This document shows, in pieces, positions 1 through 8,728 of a stretch of 63,041 bases of DNA. The translations under genes were made by a program, and so were the position numbers. The stretch covers positions 1-63,041 of IMG/VR virus record IMGVR_UViG_3300042509_001342. One strand, written 5' to 3'. The notes below the pieces were generated by a model. It did not search any database. It saw only the letters and a list, made by a program, of their open reading frames with translations, and had not been told where the DNA came from. Positions within the stretch are counted from its first letter, which is position 1, and each line of letters begins with the position of its first letter. This DNA comes from a virus. Lineage: Duplodnaviria; Caudoviricetes.

Positions 1-570
1 CCGTCTTTGCATACGGGGCCAGTTCGTCCTTCTGCACGAGGATGCCAATATCGACCAGCGTCAGGAACTTCGCGTCGGCCTGAGCCTTCGTGTAGGTCTT
101 GGTATCGACGTACCCAAACACATCCGCCTTGGTTGCCCAGACTGCGGTCAGGTCCGACTTGAGGACGTACCGTTCATCAGCTTCGGGTCGTGTGTAGATG
201 CTATCGAAGACTGATTGAAGCTGGACCTGCAAGAGGGACACGGCTTCTGCGGTGCGGGCACCATAACGTGCGTCGGCATCAACCTGAGTGATGTAGGGGG
301 ACAGGTCAACGGTCGGAGCGGTCTTGCTCTCCAGCGTAGCCAGACGCTCCTTGATCGGCTCAAAGTCTGACTGATACGGGATGAGTTCCACGCCAGCCGG
401 TGTATCAAGCACCAAGCGGGGGCCGTAGCCTTCGCCGGTATCGGTGTAGACCAAGCCGGGATTGTTTGGGCCTACGGCGTCACCGAACGCGTAGCCCTTC
501 GCCAGCACAGCGTTGGCAACGAAGTTCTGCGTGTTGTCTACCTTCCGGGCGTATCGATCATCGGCTTCCG
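1..570. repeat. Diverged direct copy of 61738-~62305 (alternative tail-fibre allele)
   Basis: Colinear match at offset 61,737; near-identical at the start and more diverged beyond ~320. Confidence 0.9.
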
Positions 571-1144
571 GCTTGTCGTAGTAGTTGGTCAGGTCAGCCC
601 CGCCGCCGGTCAGGGCGAAGATGTCCACCCTCTGAGGATTGCCGAAAGGCTTGTTCAACTCATCGCTGGTCAGCTTGAGCCATTGGCCTTCAGCCGTCTG
701 CATGACGATCATGGACGGATTTTGGGGAGTGGGCAGACCCGCTTCCGACTTGACGATCTTGGCGAAGGAACTCAATTGGCCGGTGAGCGTGATCGTGGTC
801 TGGTATTCCTGCCGCGTAATGGACACAAGGGTGCCAACGTCCTTGAAGTAGTGCAGCCCGTCATCCAGAACGGCAAAGGCATCTTCCAGCCCTTGAGGCG
901 TTTCGGCCCCAGCGTCAGGCACCGCACCCTCATGGAGGGTAATGGCCGACTCTGGGATCGTAGCCAGAGCGTCGTTCAAGTCAGTGAGGGTAGCCAGACC
1001 CGTCAGGTCCGTTGCCGGGATGGCCGCAATGGCATCGGTGACAAACTGCTCTGTCGCCAGACCAGTCGTGTCCACTGAGCCGCCAGCACCACCGGCTGCA
1101 ACCCACTGACCGTTTGACTTGACGTAAAGCTGTTTAGCACACAT
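1..1144 (-). CDS. Tail fibre/receptor-binding protein, 5' part plus short allele A (runs off window start; not in ORF track)
   Basis: ATG at 1144 (MCAKQLYVKSNGQW...) is in frame with MIVMQTAEGQW at 712, which matches the start of ORF 61247..63025; frame stays open to position 1. Confidence 0.7.
   Translation of the reverse strand, partial: MCAKQLYVKSNGQWVAAGGAGGSVDTTGLATEQFVTDAIAAIPATDLTGLATLTDLNDALATIPESAITLHEGAVPDAGAETPQGLEDAFAVLDDGLHYFKDVGTLVSITRQEYQTTITLTGQLSSFAKIVKSEAGLPTPQNPSMIVMQTAEGQWLKLTSDELNKPFGNPQRVDIFALTGGGADLTNYYDKPEADDRYARKVDNTQNFVANAVLAKGYAFGDAVGPNNPGLVYTDTGEGYGPRLVLDTPAGVELIPYQSDFEPIKERLATLESKTAPTVDLSPYITQVDADARYGARTAEAVSLLQVQLQSVFDSIYTRPEADERYVLKSDLTAVWATKADVFGYVDTKTYTKAQADAKFLTLVDIGILVQKDELAPYAKT
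602..728. repeat. 127-bp exact repeat of window end 62915-63041 (circularisation/assembly overlap)
   Basis: gccgccggtcagggcg...ggattttgggga is identical at both places; offset 62,313. Confidence 0.95.
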
Positions 1145-1979
1145 AAGCGATCATTCCGTCGAAGGAAACATGGGTAAATTTGCCGCCGCTGGCCACTACG
1201 TTGAGGTCACCAGAAGTGGTCAGGGTGACCGACACAAACCGGAAGGCGACTTTGTTTTCCTTGCCGGTGACCACCGCGCTGCAATCCACCAGCGGCTTCG
1301 GCAAGCTGGCGGGGAGAGTGCGGACGGTCGTGTAGGTGCCGGGGGACGAGTAGGTGAAAACCAGTTCGCCTCTGAGAAGGAGGACACCGTTGGTTTGCTT
1401 GGCTTCGATCAGGCCCGCGCCCTGCTTGACAACAAGCGGGGTCCAGTCGAAGTCGGGTGGTGGAGTCTTCCCACCAGCGATCATCGTGCGGACGATAGAC
1501 TTGACCTCTGGCTCGGTCATGGTCTTGGGCTGGGAAGCCAAAACTTTCTGGATTTCTTGGGTGATCGGAACGGCGAGGTCGGTAGTGACTGATTCGCCTT
1601 CAGCACCCTTTCCCGTAGCGGGGGCAAGCCACAAGTCTCCGTCTTTGCCAACGGGAGCGGATTCCTGCTCAAAGACTTCAGGAAGTTCCTCGACCTTTGC
1701 ATACCCAGCAAGGTCGATGGTGCCGCCAGAAGACAGGGCGACAAGAAGCTGATCCACCTCGGCCTTGGAATAGACAGTGGCAATCTCCCCATCGACATAC
1801 TCGGTGGTCGCATAGGCAGACAGGTCAACGGCTGACCCGCCACCGGGGAGAGCCGCCAGAAGGGCATCCACCTCAAGGTCGCTGTAGTAGCCGACAATTC
1901 CCTTGAGGGGCTTGATGGCGAGGGAGTAGGGCTGGTGCGGTTGCTGGCGTTCTGGTGCAGGCATGACGTTATTCCTCAA
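1134..1979 (-). CDS. Tail fibre/RBP-like protein
   Basis: YATxEYVD/YSKAEVD fibre repeats; C-terminus (GGKTPPPDFDWT...LRGEL...LP) paralogous to the C-terminus of 61247..63025. Confidence 0.65.
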   Translation of the reverse strand: MRNNVMPAPERQQPHQPYSLAIKPLKGIVGYYSDLEVDALLAALPGGGSAVDLSAYATTEYVDGEIATVYSKAEVDQLLVALSSGGTIDLAGYAKVEELPEVFEQESAPVGKDGDLWLAPATGKGAEGESVTTDLAVPITQEIQKVLASQPKTMTEPEVKSIVRTMIAGGKTPPPDFDWTPLVVKQGAGLIEAKQTNGVLLLRGELVFTYSSPGTYTTVRTLPASLPKPLVDCSAVVTGKENKVAFRFVSVTLTTSGDLNVVASGGKFTHVSFDGMIAYVC

Positions 1980-2340
1980 TAAGTGGCAGCAGGAACCGCT
2001 TGCCGTTCACGATGATCGGGATGCCACCAACGATTAGGGGCTGATAGAAGTTCACGCCGTCTTGCGAGAGACCTATGGGTTGACCGTCAGTCTGGGTCGT
2101 GACCTCAGGCGAGGAATGCGTGATCGGTTTGGCGACATCGAAGGCGGCAGCAGCATCAACTCCGGGCTCTCCTTTGTCTCCTTTGTCACCCTTGTCGCCT
2201 TTGGGGCCTTGAACGGTTCCGACAATGTCGAGAATCTGCTGGACGGTGACCTTCTGAGTGGTGCCGCCATTGACTGCGGGAAGAACACTCGCCGCAGTCA
2301 CGGTGCCGGTGGGCAGTTGGCTGATTTTTACGTCTGGCAT
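1969..2340 (-). CDS. Small collagen-like virion/tail protein
   Basis: KISQLP N-terminal motif, GPKGDKGDKGDKGEPG repeat, C-terminus paralogous to 60762..61244. Confidence 0.65.
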   Translation of the reverse strand: MPDVKISQLPTGTVTAASVLPAVNGGTTQKVTVQQILDIVGTVQGPKGDKGDKGDKGEPGVDAAAAFDVAKPITHSSPEVTTQTDGQPIGLSQDGVNFYQPLIVGGIPIIVNGKRFLLPLIEE

Positions 2341-2343
2341 GGA

Positions 2344-2493
2344 TCACTCTTTCCGAAGCGGAACTCCGTTTTCGGCGGCAATAACTTCCAGAGATTCCGT
2401 CAAAAGCCGGTTGGTTACTCGGGGCGGCGGCGGCACTGGGCCACCAGTTTTCGGGTCTTTGATTGGCCGCAGGAGCCTTTGGTCTTCTGCCAT
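2344..2493 (-). CDS. Small hypothetical virion-region protein, 49 aa (MAEDQRLLRPIKDPKTGG...; not in ORF track)
   Basis: Fills the gap exactly; ATG overlaps the TGA of the upstream gene at 2493. Confidence 0.6.
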   Translation of the reverse strand: MAEDQRLLRPIKDPKTGGPVPPPPRVTNRLLTESLEVIAAENGVPLRKE

Positions 2494-2804
2494 CACCCAC
2501 TCACGCTGATAAAGCCTGTGACATCCGCCCCTTCGCCAACCACATAGGGGCAGGCAAAGAGTGCTGAAGGAAGCTCAAAAGCGTTGCCTTCGGTGACATC
2601 CGTGGTGACTGCATTGCCACTGGAGTCGTGCAAGGGAAAGGAATCCCCATCCGGGTCCACCTTGCCGTACCAAGTGATCGTGCCGTCGCCAGAGACCACA
2701 TAGAGGGTGGCCCCTGCTCCTGCGTTGAAGGGGATGATCTTGGACGTATCCAAGTCCGTCGTGATCTTGACGGGCATGACGCCGCAGCTTCGCTCAATCT
2801 TCAT
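2493..2804 (-). CDS. Hypothetical virion-region protein
   Basis: 103-aa ORF, co-oriented, downstream of motif A. Confidence 0.65.
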   Translation of the reverse strand: MKIERSCGVMPVKITTDLDTSKIIPFNAGAGATLYVVSGDGTITWYGKVDPDGDSFPLHDSSGNAVTTDVTEGNAFELPSALFACPYVVGEGADVTGFISVSG

Positions 2805-2836
2805 GGGAGCCTCGGATGGCCAAAAGGGCTTCTAGT

Positions 2837-2851
2837 CCCTTTTATGTCCGC
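2837..2851 (-). promoter_or_regulatory. Motif A copy (GCGGACATAAAAGGG), putative late promoter
   Basis: Intergenic; related copies at 17582, 34634 and 51195, all upstream of - strand genes. Confidence 0.55.
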
Positions 2852-2875
2852 AACTCACCCGAACGAGACTTGGCT

Positions 2876-3415
2876 TTATGACCGCTTGGCTTTCCAGTGC
2901 GGTGAGTGCTTTTTCTTGACCTTCTCAAGAGCATCTTTCATGGAGAGCCCCGGATTCTGGGCGACCTCCTTGCGGGCAAGCTCTCTGGCGATCTTTGGGT
3001 TCAGGGCTCTGCTTAGGGGTGCTTCTTCAAAGCCTTGGTAATTGACCGCTCCACTGAGGTTTATGTTCCTCTTCTTCGCCACCCGCTTGATGTCATCCAG
3101 CGAGGAAACCCACGCCTCAGGGTCAGAAGCACCTCTTTTGTCGGCAATGCCACCGACGTAGTACTTCCCCGAAACATTGACACCGGACTCCTTGGCGGCC
3201 TTTAGCATCCATCGGGCCTGCCGGGGAGGGAGGGCGTCCATCCAGTTGCCGTCTTGCCGACCTTCAAAGAAGCTGCGGTCGAGGCCCTTCGTGCCGGGCG
3301 GCTGCTGGAGGGCACACATGGCGGCAAAAGACTCGGACTGCCCGGCCTTCACCATCTTCGTGTAGTGATCCTGAACGTGCTTGGGAGCGTTCTGGATTTC
3401 GTGGGGCAGCTTCAT
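2876..3415 (-). CDS. Hypothetical protein downstream of portal
   Basis: 179-aa ORF with GGAGG upstream. Confidence 0.75.
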   Translation of the reverse strand: MKLPHEIQNAPKHVQDHYTKMVKAGQSESFAAMCALQQPPGTKGLDRSFFEGRQDGNWMDALPPRQARWMLKAAKESGVNVSGKYYVGGIADKRGASDPEAWVSSLDDIKRVAKKRNINLSGAVNYQGFEEAPLSRALNPKIARELARKEVAQNPGLSMKDALEKVKKKHSPHWKAKRS

Positions 3416-3546
3416 CCGCCTCCTCCTCCATGACTGCCCGATTGGTAGAACGTCTGCGGTACACCGGAGGGGGCAGAGACCTTCGGGTTTGCAGGCTTGG
3501 GTGCTTTTCGGGCTGAACTTGCCAAGGCCCTAATCAAACTGCTCAC
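3412..3546 (-). CDS. Small hypothetical protein, 44 aa (MSSLIRALASSARKAPKP...; not in ORF track)
   Basis: GTGA overlap with the portal stop and ATGA overlap with the next gene; N-terminus resembles MSDLIRSL (17550) and MSDTIRQL (8627). Confidence 0.5.
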   Translation of the reverse strand: MSSLIRALASSARKAPKPANPKVSAPSGVPQTFYQSGSHGGGGG

Positions 3547-5690
3547 GGCATCAGCTCCGGTGGCATTTGATCAGGTGGCATGGGTGGGCCAGCCTCAGGT
3601 GGCATTGGAGGACCCCCGCCGCCGCTTGCCTCGGGAGGAGGTGCCGCATCACCGGAAGGAGGGGCCGGGAGGGCTGGACCGGGGGGCGGCGGCGGGGGTG
3701 GCTCTGGAACCATGTATGCCTTGGGGTCAATGTCGAGGGACTTGGCCCAGTCGGTGATCAAGGCATTGAAAGGTCCAACGACGCCTTGGGGGATAAGGCC
3801 CTGAAGGACCGGGCCCAGCGTTTGGAGAGCCATCTGCATCTGCTCGACCCGGCCAGCCTTGTTCGGCTTTCGGGCAGAGCCAGCTTCGATCCGATAGTCA
3901 AACTCGCGGGCAACCTGAGACAAGTCCATGTTCTGGATTTGCTGCTGCCACACCTCGGCACCAAGGGGGCCAAGGACGGGCTGAACGTCCTCTGGCTGGA
4001 GGAGCCACCGAGCGGCAAGTGCTTCCCGCCTAGCCAGAAGACTCATGGCGTCTTCGAGGGCGTTGGCCATGTCATCAGGTCTTACCGAAATCTGCTCGGA
4101 CTTGACCTGTGCTTCTGCGGCACTCCTGAACTGATTGCGGGTCATTCCGAAAACTAGCTCGGTCAGGCCCACTCTTTTGTCGAACATATCCGACACGGCT
4201 TGAATGATTTGCCAGATGTCAGGGGTGACGGTTGGCATCTGGAAGACAGACACCACATCGTTCACGGAGCGGCCGAGGGTTTCGGAAAGCTCAATCAGGG
4301 AGAACCCGCCCTCTTCGTGCTTGAGAAGCTGGTCCTTCAGGTCTTGCTCGGCGGCTTTGTTGACCCCCACCAGCGTCTTGCAGGAGGTCATTATCCGGGT
4401 TGCCAAGAACGACAACGCCCAGTTCAAGAATTTGAGTTCCGCCATACCCGGCTTCAAGTGGCTGATGGGCCACGAATAACCGGGCTTGCGGTGGAACTGC
4501 AGGGCCACAAAAGGCCAGCCGTTGTTGCTGTCCGCGTAGAACGGGATCGGCCAGCGGGTGCGGGTGAACAGCGTGTTGGGGAGGCCAGTTTCGTCGGGCT
4601 CCTCCATGGCTATGTCCTTGGGGGCGTTCAGCGGGAAGTCCACGCCCTCGGCCACAACGACGTAGCAGTTGTCCCCCAGTGAATCGAAGGTCTGGGCAAA
4701 CTCCTTGGGTGCCCCCTTGAGCGTGTGGCCAAATCCGGTCTTGGACCAAATCTTCCAATAAACAATGAGGTCGTTGGTCTTTCCGTTACGCTTCTTGTTC
4801 TTGTAGTCCCGGTCCTGCTCTTGGGAGCGGGCGAGGTAGGACTCAAGGTGGCCCTTCAGGTCTTCTCTGTTCAGGCCGTACTTGCGGGCTACTTGGTCAA
4901 CAGGGTGAACGCACCTGCGGGCACACCAAAGGATGTCTTCCTGCTCGTCTGCGTCTGGGTCCCATTGAATGTTGTCGCAGGAATCAGCAAACGAACCCAC
5001 GATCCCGTAAGTGTTGTTGTCCACTCCGGGAAGCTCGACAAGCTCGGTCCACCACACACCAAGGCCCTTGATCACAGCCTCGTCCACCACCCGGCGGGAA
5101 TGCTCTTTGAGGTTGAGTTCGACTGGCGTGTAGTTCAGGTACGCCTCTACCAGCCCGCTGATGGTCTTCCGCCGATCTTCCTCCATGCCGATCTGGTTGG
5201 AGACTTGGACAAACGTGTCCACCGCCGGATTGGGCATCGGCATCCCGGTCATGGGGTCCATCTGGGGCGGCTGGCTTGGGTCGATGCCAAGGGCCACGGG
5301 GGACACCACCGGGAAGTTCCTCGGAGTGACAGTCCGCACGGGGTTGCGGGCATAAATCACACTCCCAAACAGCTTCACGGCCTCGAAAGCCTTGTTTATG
5401 CACATCCGAAAGCTGGGGGGTGCGATCTTGGAGAACGTCACTCCCTTGTCTCGGTCTTTCCAAAACCAGTCACCGTTGCCGTCAAAGAAGTTCATGGCCT
5501 CTTTGGCGTCTTCGTTGAACGGTCTCTTGTGCTTGTCGGACTGCTTGATCTTCTCAAGCCATGAAGTGGCGATGGCCCGAAGGGCTTCCTCCATCTTCTG
5601 CCCGGACATCTGGTCCTCGGGGAGAGGCGGCAGGCCGCCCCCGTTCGGGGAGTCCAGAGAAGCATCCGTGGAAAGCTGCTGATCGTCCAT
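3543..5690 (-). CDS. Portal protein
   Basis: 715 aa just downstream of terminase; SAAEAQV and RIEAGSARKPN motifs and Pro-rich tail like P22/podovirus-type portals. Confidence 0.8.
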   Translation of the reverse strand: MDDQQLSTDASLDSPNGGGLPPLPEDQMSGQKMEEALRAIATSWLEKIKQSDKHKRPFNEDAKEAMNFFDGNGDWFWKDRDKGVTFSKIAPPSFRMCINKAFEAVKLFGSVIYARNPVRTVTPRNFPVVSPVALGIDPSQPPQMDPMTGMPMPNPAVDTFVQVSNQIGMEEDRRKTISGLVEAYLNYTPVELNLKEHSRRVVDEAVIKGLGVWWTELVELPGVDNNTYGIVGSFADSCDNIQWDPDADEQEDILWCARRCVHPVDQVARKYGLNREDLKGHLESYLARSQEQDRDYKNKKRNGKTNDLIVYWKIWSKTGFGHTLKGAPKEFAQTFDSLGDNCYVVVAEGVDFPLNAPKDIAMEEPDETGLPNTLFTRTRWPIPFYADSNNGWPFVALQFHRKPGYSWPISHLKPGMAELKFLNWALSFLATRIMTSCKTLVGVNKAAEQDLKDQLLKHEEGGFSLIELSETLGRSVNDVVSVFQMPTVTPDIWQIIQAVSDMFDKRVGLTELVFGMTRNQFRSAAEAQVKSEQISVRPDDMANALEDAMSLLARREALAARWLLQPEDVQPVLGPLGAEVWQQQIQNMDLSQVAREFDYRIEAGSARKPNKAGRVEQMQMALQTLGPVLQGLIPQGVVGPFNALITDWAKSLDIDPKAYMVPEPPPPPPPGPALPAPPSGDAAPPPEASGGGGPPMPPEAGPPMPPDQMPPELMP

Positions 5691-5701
5691 GGTTTTTCAG
5701 G

Positions 5702-6040
5702 CTACGCAGCCTCTGCCTTTTTCTTTGCGGCTTCGATCTTGGACTTGGTGAGCAGCGTCTGCATTTCCTTCAGAGCCTTGGTGTTGGGGTGAAGGTCGAA
5801 GCACCCCCACTTACCCCATGCCGAAGCTGTCTCGTTGGTCTTCCAGAACGGGTCATCCCGGTGGCGAACAGAGGGCTTCTCGACAAAACCAGCTTCTTCG
5901 GCCCAGATCAAAACTTTGACGGTCTGGGTGCCCGGCTTGCTCGAAATCCACCCCATAGCCCCGTCCTGAGGCGACATCGGGTTCGAGTACCAGATCACCA
6001 TGTCACCAACCGCCAACTCGGGCATGTGAAAGTTTTCCAT
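5702..6040 (-). CDS. Hypothetical protein
   Basis: AGGAGGAG RBS; lies between terminase and portal. Confidence 0.75.
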   Translation of the reverse strand: MENFHMPELAVGDMVIWYSNPMSPQDGAMGWISSKPGTQTVKVLIWAEEAGFVEKPSVRHRDDPFWKTNETASAWGKWGCFDLHPNTKALKEMQTLLTKSKIEAAKKKAEAA

Positions 6041-6105
6041 GATCTCCTCCTTGTAGATTGCGTCTTGCCAGAACTACCCAACTGTATTGGCCGTTTTTTG
6101 CCCAT

Positions 6106-6117
6106 CAACGGTCATTC
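6106..6117 (-). promoter_or_regulatory. Motif B copy (GAATGACCGTTG)
   Basis: Exact 12-mer also at 12889-12900 and 18456-18467. Confidence 0.55.
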
Positions 6118-6118
6118 G

Positions 6119-7807
6119 TCAGGCGATCCATGTCTCTGTGTATGAAGCCGGGGCCAGATACACGGCACCCCCTCTGTTCTTTTGCCGCTCTCTCTTCTGG
6201 TGCCACTCAACCCACCAAGGTTCCTCGACCTTCTTCTCGGGCCTGTGGTACTCGGGCTGGTAGGCACACAGGTACCGAAGACAGTCCACCAGATGAAACT
6301 CTCCCCGGCGGTTGGGCTCGTCGGTCACCACCGTGGTCCCGGCGATGTAGGCCACCTTCTTCTTGTACCGCTTGATTTCCCGCTCCATGTTGGGGATGGC
6401 ACTTCGCAGGAACCGAAGCTTGGTGGAGCCGTCAGGACGGATGTGCAGCATATTTCTGACTGCATGGAGCCCAGCCTGAACATCGTCGGAGCCCGGAATA
6501 AAGCTGGACCCCGTGGCTGTAGACCGGACGTTGAGAGCTGAGAGCTGCTCTGTGTACTGGTCCTGAGGGCTTTTCCCTGAACCAATGTCCGTCAGCCGGG
6601 CCCCGTGAGCGTCAATGAGGAAGGCATGGAAAATCTGCTTTTCCACCTTCTTACGAAACTCATCCGCAAATATGAGGGCGTTGCAGTTCCTTATGTAAAG
6701 CTCGTCATACAACAGGACGAACTCTTCCTTGGGTGGAACAGCCGCAAACAGGACGGCCGTCACAGCATGGCCGGGGTCGATCACGGCGTACCGACACCAG
6801 TCTTCTGGGACTGTCCCGTTGGGCAAAAGGTCCCGTTCGTACCCATGGACCGAAAGGTTGAAGTTCGGATAAACCAGAATGCTGTCGGTCGTGAACTCGC
6901 CCTCTGATCTTTGGCGAAGAACGTCATCCCCGATGGCCGACCATCTTTCTATGGCCTTCCGCTTTTCTTCGGTGTCGATATGGGGGTTGTCTAAAAATCT
7001 CAGCACAAACCGCTTGATGTCGATGTTGCCGGTCTCTTCTGCTCGCTCTGCCCGTTCATTCAGACCTATCAGGGCTTCATTCTTGGAATGGGGCATAGCA
7101 CTCCAGCAAAACCTTCCCTTGCGGTCTGCGAGCCTTGCCTGCATTTCAGGGACCCACTGCTCATTATTGAGATCCTCATCAATATGCACCCTGTCGGCTT
7201 GGAACCCTTGAGGGGGATCTCCCTCTGAGCTAAAGCAATAGATTGTCCAGCCATTGTGAAGCTCGCAGGAGTTGAGGTATCCAGCGGACTTCAGGAGCCA
7301 CGAATAGCTTTTCACCATTCGGGGCGGGATCAGCGGCGGGGCGGGCTTGGCTTCTTTGGCCCGGTCAGCGTCAGCCACTGGATCGAAGGACCGCCACTGG
7401 CCGGTCTTCTGGTCCTTGATGATCTTGAAAGCCCCGGATTTGAACAGGTAGGGCACTACCACCAATCCGATGTGCTTCCAGTTGGCCCCGATGACAACGA
7501 GATTCCCGCCTTCTTTTCTGTACTTGCCTTCGACGGGGTGGGTTCCAGTGACGGCCCATGCGTCTTCTATAAAGCTGCAAAGGCTTTTCCCTGAGCGATT
7601 GCCACCGATTACGAGGGTCTCACTGGACAGGCACTGGTGGAACTCCCACTGCTTTGGAGTCGGCCTGTAGAGCCGCAAGGACTCCATCCGCCTGTCGATA
7701 AGCTCGCCTTGCAAGCTCCTCAATTCCTCCCGCTGGAAGCTCGAAATGCTGTGGACTGTCGGGAGAGGGGAGGGCGGCTGCTGGGACTTCTTCTTCCGCT
7801 TGGACAT
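6119..7807 (-). CDS. terL: Terminase large subunit
   Basis: PTPKQWEFH adenine-binding motif, GGNRSGKS Walker A, VHIDE Walker B, VIDPG and HLVDCLRY nuclease motifs. Confidence 0.92.
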   Translation of the reverse strand: MSKRKKKSQQPPSPLPTVHSISSFQREELRSLQGELIDRRMESLRLYRPTPKQWEFHQCLSSETLVIGGNRSGKSLCSFIEDAWAVTGTHPVEGKYRKEGGNLVVIGANWKHIGLVVVPYLFKSGAFKIIKDQKTGQWRSFDPVADADRAKEAKPAPPLIPPRMVKSYSWLLKSAGYLNSCELHNGWTIYCFSSEGDPPQGFQADRVHIDEDLNNEQWVPEMQARLADRKGRFCWSAMPHSKNEALIGLNERAERAEETGNIDIKRFVLRFLDNPHIDTEEKRKAIERWSAIGDDVLRQRSEGEFTTDSILVYPNFNLSVHGYERDLLPNGTVPEDWCRYAVIDPGHAVTAVLFAAVPPKEEFVLLYDELYIRNCNALIFADEFRKKVEKQIFHAFLIDAHGARLTDIGSGKSPQDQYTEQLSALNVRSTATGSSFIPGSDDVQAGLHAVRNMLHIRPDGSTKLRFLRSAIPNMEREIKRYKKKVAYIAGTTVVTDEPNRRGEFHLVDCLRYLCAYQPEYHRPEKKVEEPWWVEWHQKRERQKNRGGAVYLAPASYTETWIA

Positions 7808-8309
7808 TGATGTACCCTCCTGAATAAGTGATGACAGCCTGCTTGAGGCGGGCGTCGATCTCCGACTCCAGTTCCTCCTCGGAGTAAAGCTGAATGGGCT
7901 TCTTGGCCCCGCCCTGCTCGGTGTTCTTGGCGGCCAGACGGACGATCATTTCCAAGATGGAGCTTCTGGTCCTGCTGCCCGGAGTCGAGTCCCAGTACTG
8001 CTTCATGGCAATGCTGGCAAACCCGTTCACGCCCCCGAAGTAGTGCATCAGGCTTTCGAGAAGCTCAGCCGTATGGGGGATGTTGGCACCACCCTTGATC
8101 GTCTGCTGGACAAACGCATCAACGGCAGCGTTCTCGATTTTAGAAAGCTTTGCCTTCCGGGCCTGCTCCTTTTGACACTTTCTGCAGATCAGCTTGTAGG
8201 CGTCTTGGGTTCCCGGGAGCCTTGCGTAGTTCTTGGGGTCTAGCTTCTTGACCTTGCCACACTCGGTACACTGCCGCTGGGTCATCTGCGGGGGAGTGAG
8301 TTCTGACAT
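7620..8309 (-). CDS. Putative terminase small subunit with N-terminal C4 zinc finger
   Basis: Directly upstream of and overlapping terL; CxxC...CxxC; YSEEELE C-terminal motif. Confidence 0.5.
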   Translation of the reverse strand: MSELTPPQMTQRQCTECGKVKKLDPKNYARLPGTQDAYKLICRKCQKEQARKAKLSKIENAAVDAFVQQTIKGGANIPHTAELLESLMHYFGGVNGFASIAMKQYWDSTPGSRTRSSILEMIVRLAAKNTEQGGAKKPIQLYSEEELESEIDARLKQAVITYSGGYINVQAEEEVPAAALPSPDSPQHFELPAGGIEELARRAYRQADGVLAALQADSKAVGVPPVPVQ

Positions 8310-8312
8310 GGT

Positions 8313-8627
8313 TCACCTGTCAAGCTGCATGACAGAAGAGATCATGGGACGCATAAGCTGGCTTGGGTCGCCCTGATTGAGCGACTGCTGGATGTTTCGC
8401 TCTGCCCCGTTCATGTACTGCTCCAGAATCTGGCGGGCCATGGAGTTCCCGATGAGGGCCTCGTACAGGCTCGACAGACCGCCTTCGGGTCCGGGGATGG
8501 GGCTGACCTGTTCTTCAAAACGGTCCAAGCCCTTGGCCCGATCCATGCCGAGGCTGGCCGCCGTATCAAGATCAATCGGGCGGCGGCCCTGCCTCTCCAT
8601 CAGAAGCTGGCGGATGGTGTCGCTCAT
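8313..8627 (-). CDS. Hypothetical protein
   Basis: 104-aa co-oriented ORF. Confidence 0.65.
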   Translation of the reverse strand: MSDTIRQLLMERQGRRPIDLDTAASLGMDRAKGLDRFEEQVSPIPGPEGGLSSLYEALIGNSMARQILEQYMNGAERNIQQSLNQGDPSQLMRPMISSVMQLDR

Positions 8628-8630
8628 TAT

Positions 8631-8713
8631 AAAAAAAGAAAGGGGCGTCCTTTCCCCCTTGTGTGTGCCGGTCTCCCGGGGAGCCTCAGTACCGGCTGCT
8701 GAAGCTCCCCGGG
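8631..8713 (-). terminator. Hairpin (cccggggagc/gctccccggg) followed by an intrinsic terminator (aagggg/cccctt + U tract)
   Basis: Inverted repeats at 8675-8713 and ~8640-8660 with a - strand T run at 8631-8637. Confidence 0.6.
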
Positions 8714-8728
8714 GTGGTGCGGGCCAAA

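Noticed and set aside
1-570. Diversity-generating retroelement TR/VR pair with 61738-62305
   Set aside because: Differences involve all four bases rather than adenines only, lie mid-gene, and no reverse transcriptase was recognised
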